58,981 nucleotides of DNA from an uncultured Rhodospirillaceae bacterium. GTDB taxonomy: Bacteria; Pseudomonadota; Alphaproteobacteria; UBA8366. Under the pieces are notes generated by a model that did not search any database, was not told the origin of the DNA, and saw only the letters and a list, made by a program, of their open reading frames with translations. Each line of letters opens with the position of its first letter. Within the stretch, counting starts at the first letter, position 1. The stretch spans positions 1-58,981 of the forward strand of contig CAZPFL010000004.1 of assembly GCA_964585785.1 (NCBI GenBank), in the 5' to 3' direction. Position numbers and translations under genes: made by a program. Shown piece by piece: positions 1-8,660 of the stretch.

Positions 1-381
1 GCGCTGTTCCTCTACAGCCTGCTGCCGATCATCCGGAACACGCATGCGGGGCTGGTCGACATCGCGCCGTCGCTGCGCGACGCGGCCGAGGCGCTGGGAT
101 TTCCGCCGGCCGCGCGCCTGCGCCTGATCGAGCTGCCGATCGCGGCGCGACCGATCCTGGCCGGCATCAAGACTTCGGCGGTGATCAATGTTGGCACGGC
201 GACCCTCGGTGCCCTGATCGGCGCCGGTGGCTACGGCCAGCCGATCCTGACGGGGATCCGGCTCGACGACACCGCGCTGATCCTGGAAGGTGCGATCCCC
301 GCGGCGCTGCTGGCATTGGCGGTACAGGGGGCCTTCGAGCTGTCGGAACGGCTCTTCGTCTCGCGCGGCCTGCGGCTCTGA
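1..381 (+). CDS. ABC transporter permease, C-terminal fragment (glycine betaine/choline OpuB/ProW type); the 5' end lies outside the window
   Basis: Frame 1 is open from base 1 ([48 protein letters not shown]...) and continues into the listed 181..381 ORF. It carries the EAA-type cytoplasmic loop and hydrophobic C-terminal helices of binding-protein-dependent permeases. Confidence 0.7.
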   Translation, partial: ALFLYSLLPIIRNTHAGLVDIAPSLRDAAEALGFPPAARLRLIELPIAARPILAGIKTSAVINVGTATLGALIGAGGYGQPILTGIRLDDTALILEGAIPAALLALAVQGAFELSERLFVSRGLRL

Positions 382-425
382 TATAGTGAGCGCCGCCCCC
401 TTTTAAAGAAAGCACAGGTGCCCCC

Positions 426-842
426 ATGAAAGACGACGCGCTCTACGACGCCGGCATGGCCGTCCGGCGGGCGATTCTCGGCGATGCGCATGTCGACCGC
501 GCGATTGCCCGCACGTCGCCGCTGACCGAGGAATTCCAGGACCTTATCGTCCGCTACGGCTGGGGCGCGATCTGGACCCGGCCGGGGCTGGACCACCGGG
601 AGCGGCGCCTTCTGGTCATCGGCACGATGATGGCGATCGGCCGGTGGGAGGAGTTCGACATGCATGTCCGGGCGGCGCTCCAGAGCGGCTTTCCGCTGGC
701 CGACATCAAGGAAGTCATCATGCAGCAGGCGATCTATTGCGGCGTGCCGGCGGGGAACACCGCCTTCCACCATGTCGAGCGACTGATCGAGGAACTCACG
801 GCCCAGAGCGTCAAGGTTAACGGCGACGGATCGTCCGCCTGA
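426..842 (+). CDS. Carboxymuconolactone decarboxylase (CMD/AhpD-like) family protein
   Basis: 138-aa ORF. RERRLLVIGTMMAIGRWEEFDMHVRAAL and IKEVIMQQAIYCGVPAGNTAF match the CMD-family helix pattern as I recall it (PcaC-like). Confidence 0.75.
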   Translation: MKDDALYDAGMAVRRAILGDAHVDRAIARTSPLTEEFQDLIVRYGWGAIWTRPGLDHRERRLLVIGTMMAIGRWEEFDMHVRAALQSGFPLADIKEVIMQQAIYCGVPAGNTAFHHVERLIEELTAQSVKVNGDGSSA

Positions 843-915
843 CCGGCGTCAACCGCTTTCCGTTCGCGCACGACGGCGCTATTCTGTCGCCCTGCGCTAC
901 CACCTGTCTCGCTCA

Positions 916-1830
916 ATGGAGGACGATCCCATGGCCGGTCTCACGGGCCTGATTTGCCCAAATCTCACGCCGTTCAACACCGATCTGTCGATCGCAATGG
1001 ACCTCTATATCGAGCACGCCAAGCGGATGCTGAACGCCGGTTGCTCGGCGCTGGCCCCCTTCGGGACGACCGGTGAGGCGCTTTCCGTCGGCATGGACGA
1101 GCGGATGGCGGTGCTGGAAGCGGTGATCAAGGCGGGCGTCGACCCGGCCAAGCTGGTGCCGGGCACCGGGCTCACCAACCTGCAGGACACGGCCAAGCTC
1201 TGCCGGCATGCGATCAAGATGAAATGCGCCGGCGTCATGGTGCTGCCGCCCTTCTATTACAAAGGGGTGTCGGACGAGGCGCTGTTCGAATATTTCTCGG
1301 CGCTGATCGGCATGGTCGATTCGCCCGACCTCCGGATCTACCTCTACCACATTCCGCCGGTCGCGCAGGTGCCGGTGAGTGTCGAGCTGACGGCGCGGCT
1401 GGCGAAGGCCTTCCCGGGCGCGATCGCAGGCATCAAGGACAGCTCGGGCGATTGGAACAACACCAAGCGGTTGCTGACCGAGGTCAAGGGCATCGCGGTC
1501 TTTCCAGGCTCGGAAAACCCGCTGATCGAAGCCCTGGCGCTCGGCGCGCCCGGCTGCATCAGCGCGACCGCGAACATCAACGCCGAGAACATCATCCGCT
1601 GCTACAAGGCGGCCGGCACGCCCGAGGGCGATCGGCTGCAGGAACAGATCCGCGCCTACCGGCTGCCGTTCCAGGAGATGGGCGCGATCCCGGCGCAGAA
1701 ATGGATGCTCGCGCATCAGACCGGTGAGCCGCGCTGGAAAATCGTCCGGCCGCCGTTGCTGGCGCTGTCCGACGAGAAGGGCAAGGAGCTCCTGAAGCGC
1801 CTCGAGGCGGTGCTGGAGCCGGCGGAATAG
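916..1830 (+). CDS. Dihydrodipicolinate synthase / N-acetylneuraminate lyase family class I aldolase
   Basis: 304-aa ORF with the GTTGE motif (PFGTTGEALSV) and the Schiff-base lysine context IAGIKDSSGD. An alternative start lies at M6 (931). Confidence 0.85.
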   Translation: MEDDPMAGLTGLICPNLTPFNTDLSIAMDLYIEHAKRMLNAGCSALAPFGTTGEALSVGMDERMAVLEAVIKAGVDPAKLVPGTGLTNLQDTAKLCRHAIKMKCAGVMVLPPFYYKGVSDEALFEYFSALIGMVDSPDLRIYLYHIPPVAQVPVSVELTARLAKAFPGAIAGIKDSSGDWNNTKRLLTEVKGIAVFPGSENPLIEALALGAPGCISATANINAENIIRCYKAAGTPEGDRLQEQIRAYRLPFQEMGAIPAQKWMLAHQTGEPRWKIVRPPLLALSDEKGKELLKRLEAVLEPAE

Positions 1831-1834
1831 CGGC

Positions 1835-2494
1835 TCACGCCGACGGCAGGCGCAGCCGGCGCTCCAGCGCGCGGACGAGCATCGCCGCGACCAGGCTCAT
1901 CGCCAGGAAGAACAGGCCGACGATGGTGATCGGCTCCAGATAGCGAAAGGTCTCGGAGCCGATGATCTTCGCGCGCTGCATCATCTCGACGACCGCGATT
2001 GCGGATAGCAGCGGCGTATCCTTGAACATCGCGATCAGGTAGTTGCCCAGCGCCGGCAGGACGTCCGGAATGGCCTGGGGCAGCACGACGTAGCGGAAGA
2101 CCTGCAGCCGCGTCAGGCCGAGCGCGCCGGCGGCCTGCCATTGTCCCGGCGGCACGTTGTCGATGCCGGAGCGGTAGGCCTCCGAGGTATAGGCCGCATA
2201 GTGCAGGCCGATCGCGATGATGCCGGTGAGCAGCGCCGGCAGGATGATGCCGTAGTCGGGCAGCACGAAAAAAATGAAATAGAGCTGGATGAGCAGCGGC
2301 GTGCCGCGAACCGCTTCGATAGCGAACCCGACCGGGAGCGCGATGACACGGCGCCGGCTGCGTCGGAGCATCGCCAGCACAAGCCCGAGCACGAGGCTGA
2401 TGGCGAAGCCGGCCGCCGTGATGCCGAGCGTCAGCAGTGCGGCCTTGCCGAGCGTCGGCAGGATGTGTAGGGCGAAGGCCCAGTCGATATGCAT
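1835..2494 (-). CDS. ehuD: Polar amino-acid-type ABC permease, ectoine/hydroxyectoine EhuD-like
   Basis: The ATG at 2494 overlaps the stop of the upstream permease gene (ATGA). The 219-aa product MHIDWAFALHILPTLGKAALLTLG... has His/Glu/Gln/Arg/opine-family permease features (GTPLLIQLYFIFFVLP, LGLTRLQVFRYVVLPQA). The longer ORF-track version adds an implausible Arg/Gly/Pro-rich N-terminus. The Ehu assignment rests on context downstream of ectD. Confidence 0.75.
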   Translation of the reverse strand: MHIDWAFALHILPTLGKAALLTLGITAAGFAISLVLGLVLAMLRRSRRRVIALPVGFAIEAVRGTPLLIQLYFIFFVLPDYGIILPALLTGIIAIGLHYAAYTSEAYRSGIDNVPPGQWQAAGALGLTRLQVFRYVVLPQAIPDVLPALGNYLIAMFKDTPLLSAIAVVEMMQRAKIIGSETFRYLEPITIVGLFFLAMSLVAAMLVRALERRLRLPSA

Positions 2495-3147
2495 CACATC
2501 CGCTCCTGCGCCAGGCGGTGTCGGCCGAACCGCCGCTCGAGCCCGCGGATGGCCATGGCGATGACCAGCGCGAGCAGCCCGTAGATCGCCAGCACCATGG
2601 TGAAGATCTTGGCCGTCTGGAAGGTTGCCTGGTTGAGCTGGTAGGCGCGGAAGGTCAAGTCGGAGACCGTGATGAGCGAAACGAGCGCCGTTCCCTTGAG
2701 CAGCTCGATCAGCAGGTTGCCCCATATCGGCAGCATGCGGAGCACCGCCTGCGGCAGCACGACATAGCGCATGACCTGAGGTCCGGTCAGCCCGAGCGCC
2801 GCGGCTGCCGCGGTTTGGCCGGCTGGGACGGCGAGAATGGCGCCGCGCACCACCTCGCTGCCGTAAGCGCCGATGTTGAGGCCGAGCCCGAGCACCGCTG
2901 TCTGGAACGGCGTGAGGGTCACGCCGAAATGCGGCAGCACGAAGAACAGCCAGAACAGCTGGACCAGCAGCGACGAGCCGCGAAACAGCTCGACATAGAC
3001 GACGGAGGTTCCGCGTATCAGCCGCGAGCGGGAAAGCCGCGCCAGTCCACTCACGAACGCAAGCAGCACCGCGAGGACGGCGGCGCTGGCGGTGATCTCG
3101 ACGGTGACGCGTGCGCCGCCGAGCAGGATCGGCAGGAATTCGATCAT
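2494..3147 (-). CDS. ehuC: Polar amino-acid-type ABC permease, ectoine/hydroxyectoine EhuC-like
   Basis: 217-aa product starting MIEFLPILLGGARVTVEITASAAV. It is a paralogue of the downstream permease (RGSSLLVQLFWLFFVLP, LGLTGPQVMRYVVLPQA). The ORF-track N-terminal extension is low-complexity. Confidence 0.75.
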   Translation of the reverse strand: MIEFLPILLGGARVTVEITASAAVLAVLLAFVSGLARLSRSRLIRGTSVVYVELFRGSSLLVQLFWLFFVLPHFGVTLTPFQTAVLGLGLNIGAYGSEVVRGAILAVPAGQTAAAAALGLTGPQVMRYVVLPQAVLRMLPIWGNLLIELLKGTALVSLITVSDLTFRAYQLNQATFQTAKIFTMVLAIYGLLALVIAMAIRGLERRFGRHRLAQERM

Positions 3148-3187
3148 CGGCTTTCGCTCGCCGGCCCTGCCGGGGCGGGTCGGCCGG

Positions 3188-4075
3188 TCAGCCGCCGCAG
3201 AGCTTCGCGGCGGTCGCTTTGCCCGGCAGCTCGGCCCTGGTGAAACCGAAGGGCGCGACGAGGGCGAGATGCGCCTTGCTGCCGATGAAGGAGGCCAGCA
3301 CCTTGTCGAAGGCCTGACGGAGCGCCTTGTCGTCCTTGCGGAAGGCGAAGGCGCCGTAGCCGAACGCATAGGCCGGCGTCTTGAACGGCTTTGCCATGGC
3401 CACCCGATCGCCGCCCTTCTTCGCCATCCGCCGGATCGACAGGGCGGTGAGCGCGGCGGCGTCGGCCCGGCCGAAGCGTACGGCCGAGAGCATGCTCACC
3501 TGATCGGGCAGGGTGACGATGCGATCTTCGGGAATGCCGGCCCTCGTCGCGTAGCCCTGCTCGACCGCGCCGGCCATGACCGCCAGCTTCACGCTCGCGT
3601 TGCCGGCGACGTCTTTATAGCTGTGCAGGCCGAGCGGGTTGCCGGCCTTGACGAGGAAGCCAGAGCCGAGGCGGTAGGTCGGATTGGAAAAGGCGACCTG
3701 CTTGCAGCGCGGCGGGGTGATGAACATGCCGGCGGCGATCACGTCGAAACGATGCGCGCGCAGCCCGGGGATCAGTGACGCCCACTCCGTCAGCACCGCC
3801 TCGACCTTGCCGATGCCGATCTTCTTGGCGACGTAGCGGGCGATTTCGGGCGATTCACCGGTCGCCTTGCCATCGGGCGTCGCGTAACCGAACGGCGCTT
3901 CGTTGGCGAAGCCGATGCGGATGCTGCCGCTCTTGCGGGCCTTTTCCAGAGTCGACGCGGCGGATGCGCTCGTCGCGACGAGGGCGATAGCGAAAAGCGC
4001 GATGGCGCCGGTCACGAGATGCGTCGCCGCAACCGCCCTGGAGCGGGAGTCTGCGGCCTTATGCTTTGTCTTCAT
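3188..4075 (-). CDS. ehuB: Periplasmic substrate-binding protein (family 3), ectoine/hydroxyectoine EhuB-like
   Basis: ATG at 4075 is preceded by AAGGAG. The product has a signal peptide (MKTKHKAADSRSRAVAATHLVTGAIALFAIALVATSASA) and a type-3 SBP body (IRIGFANEAPFGY, FDVIAAGMFITPPR). It lies 31 bp downstream of ectD. Confidence 0.7.
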   Translation of the reverse strand: MKTKHKAADSRSRAVAATHLVTGAIALFAIALVATSASAASTLEKARKSGSIRIGFANEAPFGYATPDGKATGESPEIARYVAKKIGIGKVEAVLTEWASLIPGLRAHRFDVIAAGMFITPPRCKQVAFSNPTYRLGSGFLVKAGNPLGLHSYKDVAGNASVKLAVMAGAVEQGYATRAGIPEDRIVTLPDQVSMLSAVRFGRADAAALTALSIRRMAKKGGDRVAMAKPFKTPAYAFGYGAFAFRKDDKALRQAFDKVLASFIGSKAHLALVAPFGFTRAELPGKATAAKLCGG

Positions 4076-4106
4076 TTCTACGCAGCTCCTTCTTCTGTTT
4101 GCAGGC

Positions 4107-5000
4107 TCAGGAAATCGGCGCCACCGTCCGGCTGGCGATGAAATCCGGCCGCGGCCTCGTCCCCGCGAACGGCTGCACCAGCGCATTCTCCACGCTGTTG
4201 TAAACGGCAAAGATGTTGCTGCGCGGATAGGGGGTGATGTTGCCGTTGGAGCCGTGCATCGTGTTGCAGTCGAACAGCACGATCGACCCGGCCGGCCCGG
4301 TCGGCGCTTCGATACCGCCTTGCTCGACCAGCCATGTCAGGCTGCGGTCGTCCGGCGTTCCGATGGCCTGCTGACGCAGCGATTCCTTGAAGTGATTGTC
4401 CGGCGTTTCCCCGACGCAGGTGATGTAGTGCTTGTGCGAGCCGGGGATGAGCATGAGCGGGCCGTTGACCGGATGGTTGTCGGACAGCGCGATGGAGACG
4501 CTGATCGCCCGCATCCGCGGCATGCCGTCCTCGGTATGCCAGGTCTCGAAATCGGAATGCCAATAGAATTCCTTACCCCGGAACCCTGTCTTGTAATTGA
4601 TCCGCGACTGATGGATGTAGACCGGTCCGCCGAGAATCTGTTTCGCCATCGCGGCGAGCCGCGAGCTCCGCAGCAACGCGCCGAAGACGGCGCTGCTCTC
4701 ATGGATCGCGAAGACCGACCGGACGATATCGCTGTCCGGCTCGCGGACGATCCGGTCGTCGTCGCCCGTGCTCGCGGCGTCCCAAACCGCGCGCAGCTCC
4801 GCCGTGAAGCCGCGCACGTCTTCGGGTGAGAAGAACCGGTCGATGGCGAGAAAGCCGTTCCGCTCGAAGGAGTCGAGATCGGAAGCGGTCAGCGGCCCGC
4901 CGGTGGTCCGTTCGTTGCTCCAGACCACCGGATCCAGCCGGTCGCCGATGGTCGGCGCCGGCTGAACGCGGGACGGATAGCGGTCGACCATTTGATCCAT
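4107..5000 (-). CDS. ectD: Ectoine hydroxylase (non-haem Fe(II)/2-oxoglutarate dioxygenase)
   Basis: 297 aa. Contains the EctD signature stretch FYWHSDFETWHTEDGMPRMRAISVSIALSDN and the distal His (NTMHGSNGNITP). AGGAG lies upstream of the ATG at 5000. Confidence 0.9.
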   Translation of the reverse strand: MDQMVDRYPSRVQPAPTIGDRLDPVVWSNERTTGGPLTASDLDSFERNGFLAIDRFFSPEDVRGFTAELRAVWDAASTGDDDRIVREPDSDIVRSVFAIHESSAVFGALLRSSRLAAMAKQILGGPVYIHQSRINYKTGFRGKEFYWHSDFETWHTEDGMPRMRAISVSIALSDNHPVNGPLMLIPGSHKHYITCVGETPDNHFKESLRQQAIGTPDDRSLTWLVEQGGIEAPTGPAGSIVLFDCNTMHGSNGNITPYPRSNIFAVYNSVENALVQPFAGTRPRPDFIASRTVAPIS

Positions 5001-5021
5001 AGCTTAAAGTCTCCTGTCGCC

Positions 5022-5444
5022 TCAGTCGGCAGCCGCGCCCGCGACACCGGCTGCCTCGTCGTCCTCGATCAACGGGTAGACACCTTTTTCGTCATGGACT
5101 TCCCGGCCGGTGAGCGGCGGGTTGAAGACGCACACCATGCGCATATCCGTGCGCGCCCTGAGGTAGTGTTTCTCATGGCCGTTGAGGGCGTAGAGAGTGC
5201 CGTCCTTGATCGGGAAGACCTTGCCGGTCTCGATCACCTCGACCTCGCCTTCGCCCGCGACGCAGTAGACCGCTTCGAGGTGATGCGCGTACCAGATGAA
5301 TGTCTCGGTGCCCGCCTTGATCGTCGTGTCGTGCATGGAAAAGCCCATGCCGTCGCTTTTCAGCAGGAAGCGGCGGCTGGTCCAGTTTTCGACATCGACA
5401 TCCCGGTCGGTGCCCTTCAGGTCCTCAAGTTTCTTGACGATCAT
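5022..5444 (-). CDS. ectC: L-ectoine synthase (cupin)
   Basis: 140-aa product [67 protein letters not shown] is near-canonical EctC. The ATG at 5444 has an upstream GGAG. The ORF-track start at 5573 adds a non-homologous extension. Confidence 0.95.
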   Translation of the reverse strand: MIVKKLEDLKGTDRDVDVENWTSRRFLLKSDGMGFSMHDTTIKAGTETFIWYAHHLEAVYCVAGEGEVEVIETGKVFPIKDGTLYALNGHEKHYLRARTDMRMVCVFNPPLTGREVHDEKGVYPLIEDDEAAGVAGAAAD

Positions 5445-5481
5445 GTGTCGCTCCGTCTCGTGTTTCGCGATGAAGGGTGCA

Positions 5482-6759
5482 TCAAGCGACGTACTTGACG
5501 CCGGGCCGGCGGCCAGCGAGCGCCGCTTTGGTCGCCTTGCCAAGAATGGAGAGGCCTTTCTCGAGCCCGACATCCTCGATCACCAGCGGCGGCATGATCT
5601 TGACCACCTCGCCGCTCGCGCCCGATGTCTCCATCAACAGCCCCATGCCGAAGGCCTGCTCGCAGATTTCGCCGGCCAGCCCGTCGACGCCGACCCGGAT
5701 GCCTTGCATCAGGCCGCGGCCGGTGACGATGCCCTCAAGCGCCGGGTGCCGGTCCACCAGATCGGACAGGAAGGACTCGATCGTCGCCGCCTTGGCGTTG
5801 ACCGACTTCTCCAGCGAATCGTCCTTCCAGTAGTCGAGCGCCTTCGTCGCTGTCACGAATGCCAGGTTGTTGCCGCGGAAAGTGCCGTTGTGCTGACCGG
5901 GGCTGAAGCAATCGAGATGCGGCTTGAGCAGCGTCAGCGCCAACGGTAGGCCGCTGCCGCTGATCGATTTCGAGAGGCAGACGATGTCGGGGTCGAGGCC
6001 CGCCGGCTCGAAGCTGAAGAACGACCCGGTGCGCCCGCAGCCGGCCTGGATGTCGTCGATGATCAGGACGATGTCATGCGCATGGCAGATTTCTTCGAGC
6101 CGCTGGAGCCAACCGGTGCTGGCGACATTCAGCCCGCCTTCGCCCTGCAGTGTTTCGACGATGACCGCCGCCGGCGTGTCCACGCCGCTGCCGTTGTCTT
6201 CCAGCGTACGGGCGAAATAGTCCAGCGTGTCGACCTCGTCACCGAGGTAGCCGTCGAAGGGCATGCGGAACGCGCCCTGCAGCGGGACGCCCGCGCCTTC
6301 GCGCTTGGTAGCGTTTCCGGTTAGCGCGAGCGAACCGAGCGTCATGCCGTGAAAGGCGTTGGTAAAGCAGACGATGCCGCTCCGTCCGGTCGCCAGCCGC
6401 GCGATCTTGATCGCGCTCTCGACCGAATTCGTTCCGGTCGGTCCCGGAAACAGCAGCTTATGCGGCATGCCGCGCGGCGCGAGAATGATCTCTTGAAAGG
6501 CTTCGATAAAGGCGGCCTTCGCGCCGGTCGCCATGTCCAGGCTGTGCACGATGCCGTCTTGCGAGATGTAGTCGACCAGCGGGCCCATGATGCGGTCCGG
6601 GTTGTGGCCATAGTTCAAGGCGCCGGCGCCGGCGAAGAAATCGATATATTCGCGGCCTTGCTCGTCCCACAGGCGATAGCCCTTCGCCTTGGTGAAGATC
6701 GTCGGAAAGTCCCGGATGTAAGACCGCACGTTGGATTCGTGCTGCTCGAAAGGTTTCAA
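5482..6759 (-). CDS. ectB: Diaminobutyrate--2-oxoglutarate transaminase
   Basis: 425 aa. [65 protein letters not shown] and the PLP-lysine context CLSKSISG align with remembered EctB. It starts at TTG 6759, 8 nt after a perfect AAGGAGG, and overlaps the ectA stop (TTGA). Confidence 0.95.
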   Translation of the reverse strand: MKPFEQHESNVRSYIRDFPTIFTKAKGYRLWDEQGREYIDFFAGAGALNYGHNPDRIMGPLVDYISQDGIVHSLDMATGAKAAFIEAFQEIILAPRGMPHKLLFPGPTGTNSVESAIKIARLATGRSGIVCFTNAFHGMTLGSLALTGNATKREGAGVPLQGAFRMPFDGYLGDEVDTLDYFARTLEDNGSGVDTPAAVIVETLQGEGGLNVASTGWLQRLEEICHAHDIVLIIDDIQAGCGRTGSFFSFEPAGLDPDIVCLSKSISGSGLPLALTLLKPHLDCFSPGQHNGTFRGNNLAFVTATKALDYWKDDSLEKSVNAKAATIESFLSDLVDRHPALEGIVTGRGLMQGIRVGVDGLAGEICEQAFGMGLLMETSGASGEVVKIMPPLVIEDVGLEKGLSILGKATKAALAGRRPGVKYVA

Positions 6760-7349
6760 GATATTGCCTCCTTAGGGTTGTTTCCGGTGCGCATGCGCGC
6801 TGGGATCGGGCCGATCCGTACAAGCAGCTCGCTCTCATGCTTTGGATCGGGAAAAAGACGGCTGTCGAATCCGGCCGACAGGTCGAATGCACAGCCTTGG
6901 CGCCGGGCGAAGCCGCGGAACAGCGCCATCGAGGCGGCGTTCGACGGCGTCACGGTGGCTTCAAGAAAGCTCACGCCGCCGCAGGCAGGGCGGTGCAGAA
7001 TCTCCCGCAACATCGCCGAGCCGAGGCCAAGGCCGCGGCTGCTCTCGGCCACGCCGATCTGCCAGACGAAAACGGTGTCCGGACGGTCGGGAAGGCGATA
7101 GGCCCACACGAAGCCGGCGATTTCGCCGCGGCGGCGGGCGACAACGCTGGTCGCGCCGAAATGCGCGCCTGTCAGGACATAGGCGTAGGCGGAATTCGGC
7201 TCGAGCGTGCCGCCGGTTCGGACGAGCCGCCAGATTGCCGCACCGTCCGACGCGGTCGGCTGCGCGAAAGACGGCCCATCGGCGTCATGTCCGCCGGCCG
7301 GGCCGGTGCGGTGAGGGTCCGTGCCTCGTTCGAATGCCGTATCGCTCAT
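6756..7349 (-). CDS. ectA: L-2,4-diaminobutyrate acetyltransferase (GNAT)
   Basis: The GNAT core ([26 protein letters not shown]) sits at the head of the ectABCD string. I prefer the ATG at 7349 (MSDTAFERG). The ORF track uses the adjacent TTG at 7352. Confidence 0.9.
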   Translation of the reverse strand: MSDTAFERGTDPHRTGPAGGHDADGPSFAQPTASDGAAIWRLVRTGGTLEPNSAYAYVLTGAHFGATSVVARRRGEIAGFVWAYRLPDRPDTVFVWQIGVAESSRGLGLGSAMLREILHRPACGGVSFLEATVTPSNAASMALFRGFARRQGCAFDLSAGFDSRLFPDPKHESELLVRIGPIPARMRTGNNPKEAIS

Positions 7350-7370
7350 CAACCTCTATGCAACCGCTCG

Positions 7371-7388
7371 GCGTTCATGGATGAACGC
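7371..7388. promoter_or_regulatory. Perfect 8+8 bp palindrome GCGTTCAT-GG-ATGAACGC, 21 nt upstream of the ectA ATG (candidate operator or 5'-UTR hairpin)
   Basis: Read directly from the sequence: 7371 gcgttcatggatgaacgc 7388. The function is inferred from position only. Confidence 0.3.
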
Positions 7389-7796
7389 GTCCGTTTGAGT
7401 GTCGTCCGCTGCGTGATTTCCGGAGGCGAATAGATCGACAGATGACGACTCTCGCTCTCGACATGCGCGACAGCCGGCCGGGATGGCTTTTTTGTTTTCT
7501 ACGGCGATGCTGAATGGTCCGCCTTACAGCGACAGCGGCAATCCGCCGTCAGCGCGCGCGACCGGGAAAATATTTGCTTGCCGTCGAGATGCTCTCCGAA
7601 AACCGAAACTCAGCAGATGCCGCGCTTTCGCAGCTTTTCGTCATTATGGCCGTTGCCGGAGGATCGGCTTGGAGAATGCCTCCGTATCGAATCCCCAGCT
7701 TCGACGGGCTCATGATTCCGGAGACGACGCGGGATCACACTTACATAAGTTAACCGATGGGGCAGATATAGCTGCGAATGCGAACGTGGCGGAGGC

Positions 7797-8627
7797 TTAC
7801 GTCCGGTGGCCGCGCGCGCGTTTTCGGGCGGAGCGCATGACCTCGATGTCGGCGAGCTGCTTTTCGGTTCCCGGCGGTGTTCGCTTGCCGGCGATGTGGC
7901 CGCCTTCAAACGCGGCGATGTGCTCGAGCTCGGCGATATCCCGAAGGAAGATGCGTCCCCCTTCGATATGCACGAGGTCGCGCAGGCGGAGCTTCCGCAG
8001 CGTCCTGTTCACATGAACGACGCTTAGCCCAAGCGTGTCGGCAAGCAATTGCTGCGTGATCGGGAAGGCGTAGGACGGACCTTCGACCACATCCACCGCC
8101 TTCAGCCGGCTGAGCAGCTCCAGCAAGAGATGCGCCATCCGTTCCAGCGCGTTACGGCGGCCGAGGCGGACGATGTGCTCGGCGAGCATCGCCTCTTCGC
8201 GCGCCGCCGACCAGGTGATGGCGGCGGCGAGCTTGGGATAGTCGCGAAAAAGATTGACGATCTCGTTGGCCCCCAGCGCCGAGACCGTCGCGTCCGTCAA
8301 TGTGACGATCGAATGGTCCGAAATCCCGAAAAAATGCGCCCGCAGGCCCATGAAATCGCCGGGCAGCACGAAGTTGAGCACCTGCCGCCGTCCGTCCGGC
8401 AGCGCCTTGTAGCGGTAGGCCCAGCCGGCCTGCAGGACGAAGACCTGGTTGCCCACGCTCTCGGGTCGGATCAGCTCCTGGCCCGCCTCGACCGATTTCA
8501 TCTCGGCGGTCGCCGCGTCGAGCCATCGCACCTCTCGCTCGGATAAGGCGGTGAACATCCGCAATTTCCGCGTCAGTGCGTTTTCGGCGATTGGATTCAT
8601 CGCGGCGAGTTTACCAGCCTGCAACAT
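7797..8627 (-). CDS. Crp/Fnr family transcriptional regulator
   Basis: 276 aa with a cNMP-binding beta-roll (VFVLQAGWAYRYKALPDGRRQVLNFVLPGDFMG) and a C-terminal HTH (QQLLADTLGLSVVHVNRTLRKLR). There is no N-terminal FNR-type Cys cluster. The start could be the internal MNPIAEN. Confidence 0.85.
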   Translation of the reverse strand: MLQAGKLAAMNPIAENALTRKLRMFTALSEREVRWLDAATAEMKSVEAGQELIRPESVGNQVFVLQAGWAYRYKALPDGRRQVLNFVLPGDFMGLRAHFFGISDHSIVTLTDATVSALGANEIVNLFRDYPKLAAAITWSAAREEAMLAEHIVRLGRRNALERMAHLLLELLSRLKAVDVVEGPSYAFPITQQLLADTLGLSVVHVNRTLRKLRLRDLVHIEGGRIFLRDIAELEHIAAFEGGHIAGKRTPPGTEKQLADIEVMRSARKRARGHRT

Positions 8628-8660
8628 GCCGTGGGCTTAACTCATGTTAATTAGCATAGG

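Noticed and set aside
3188-4210. Long N-terminal extensions in the ORF track. Examples include 3188..4210, 1835..2725, 2494..3369, 5022..5573, 20531..23086, 30496..32577, 37378..38490 and 50823..52118.
   Set aside because: The extensions are Arg/Pro/Gly-rich, overlap upstream genes, and precede an internal start that has a Shine-Dalgarno site and begins the conserved family N-terminus. I used the internal starts.
7483-8016. Plus-strand ORFs (177 aa and 79 aa) in the ectA upstream spacer.
   Set aside because: I recognise no homology. The longer one overlaps the Crp-family gene in antisense, and neither has a convincing RBS. I treat the region as the non-coding ect control region.
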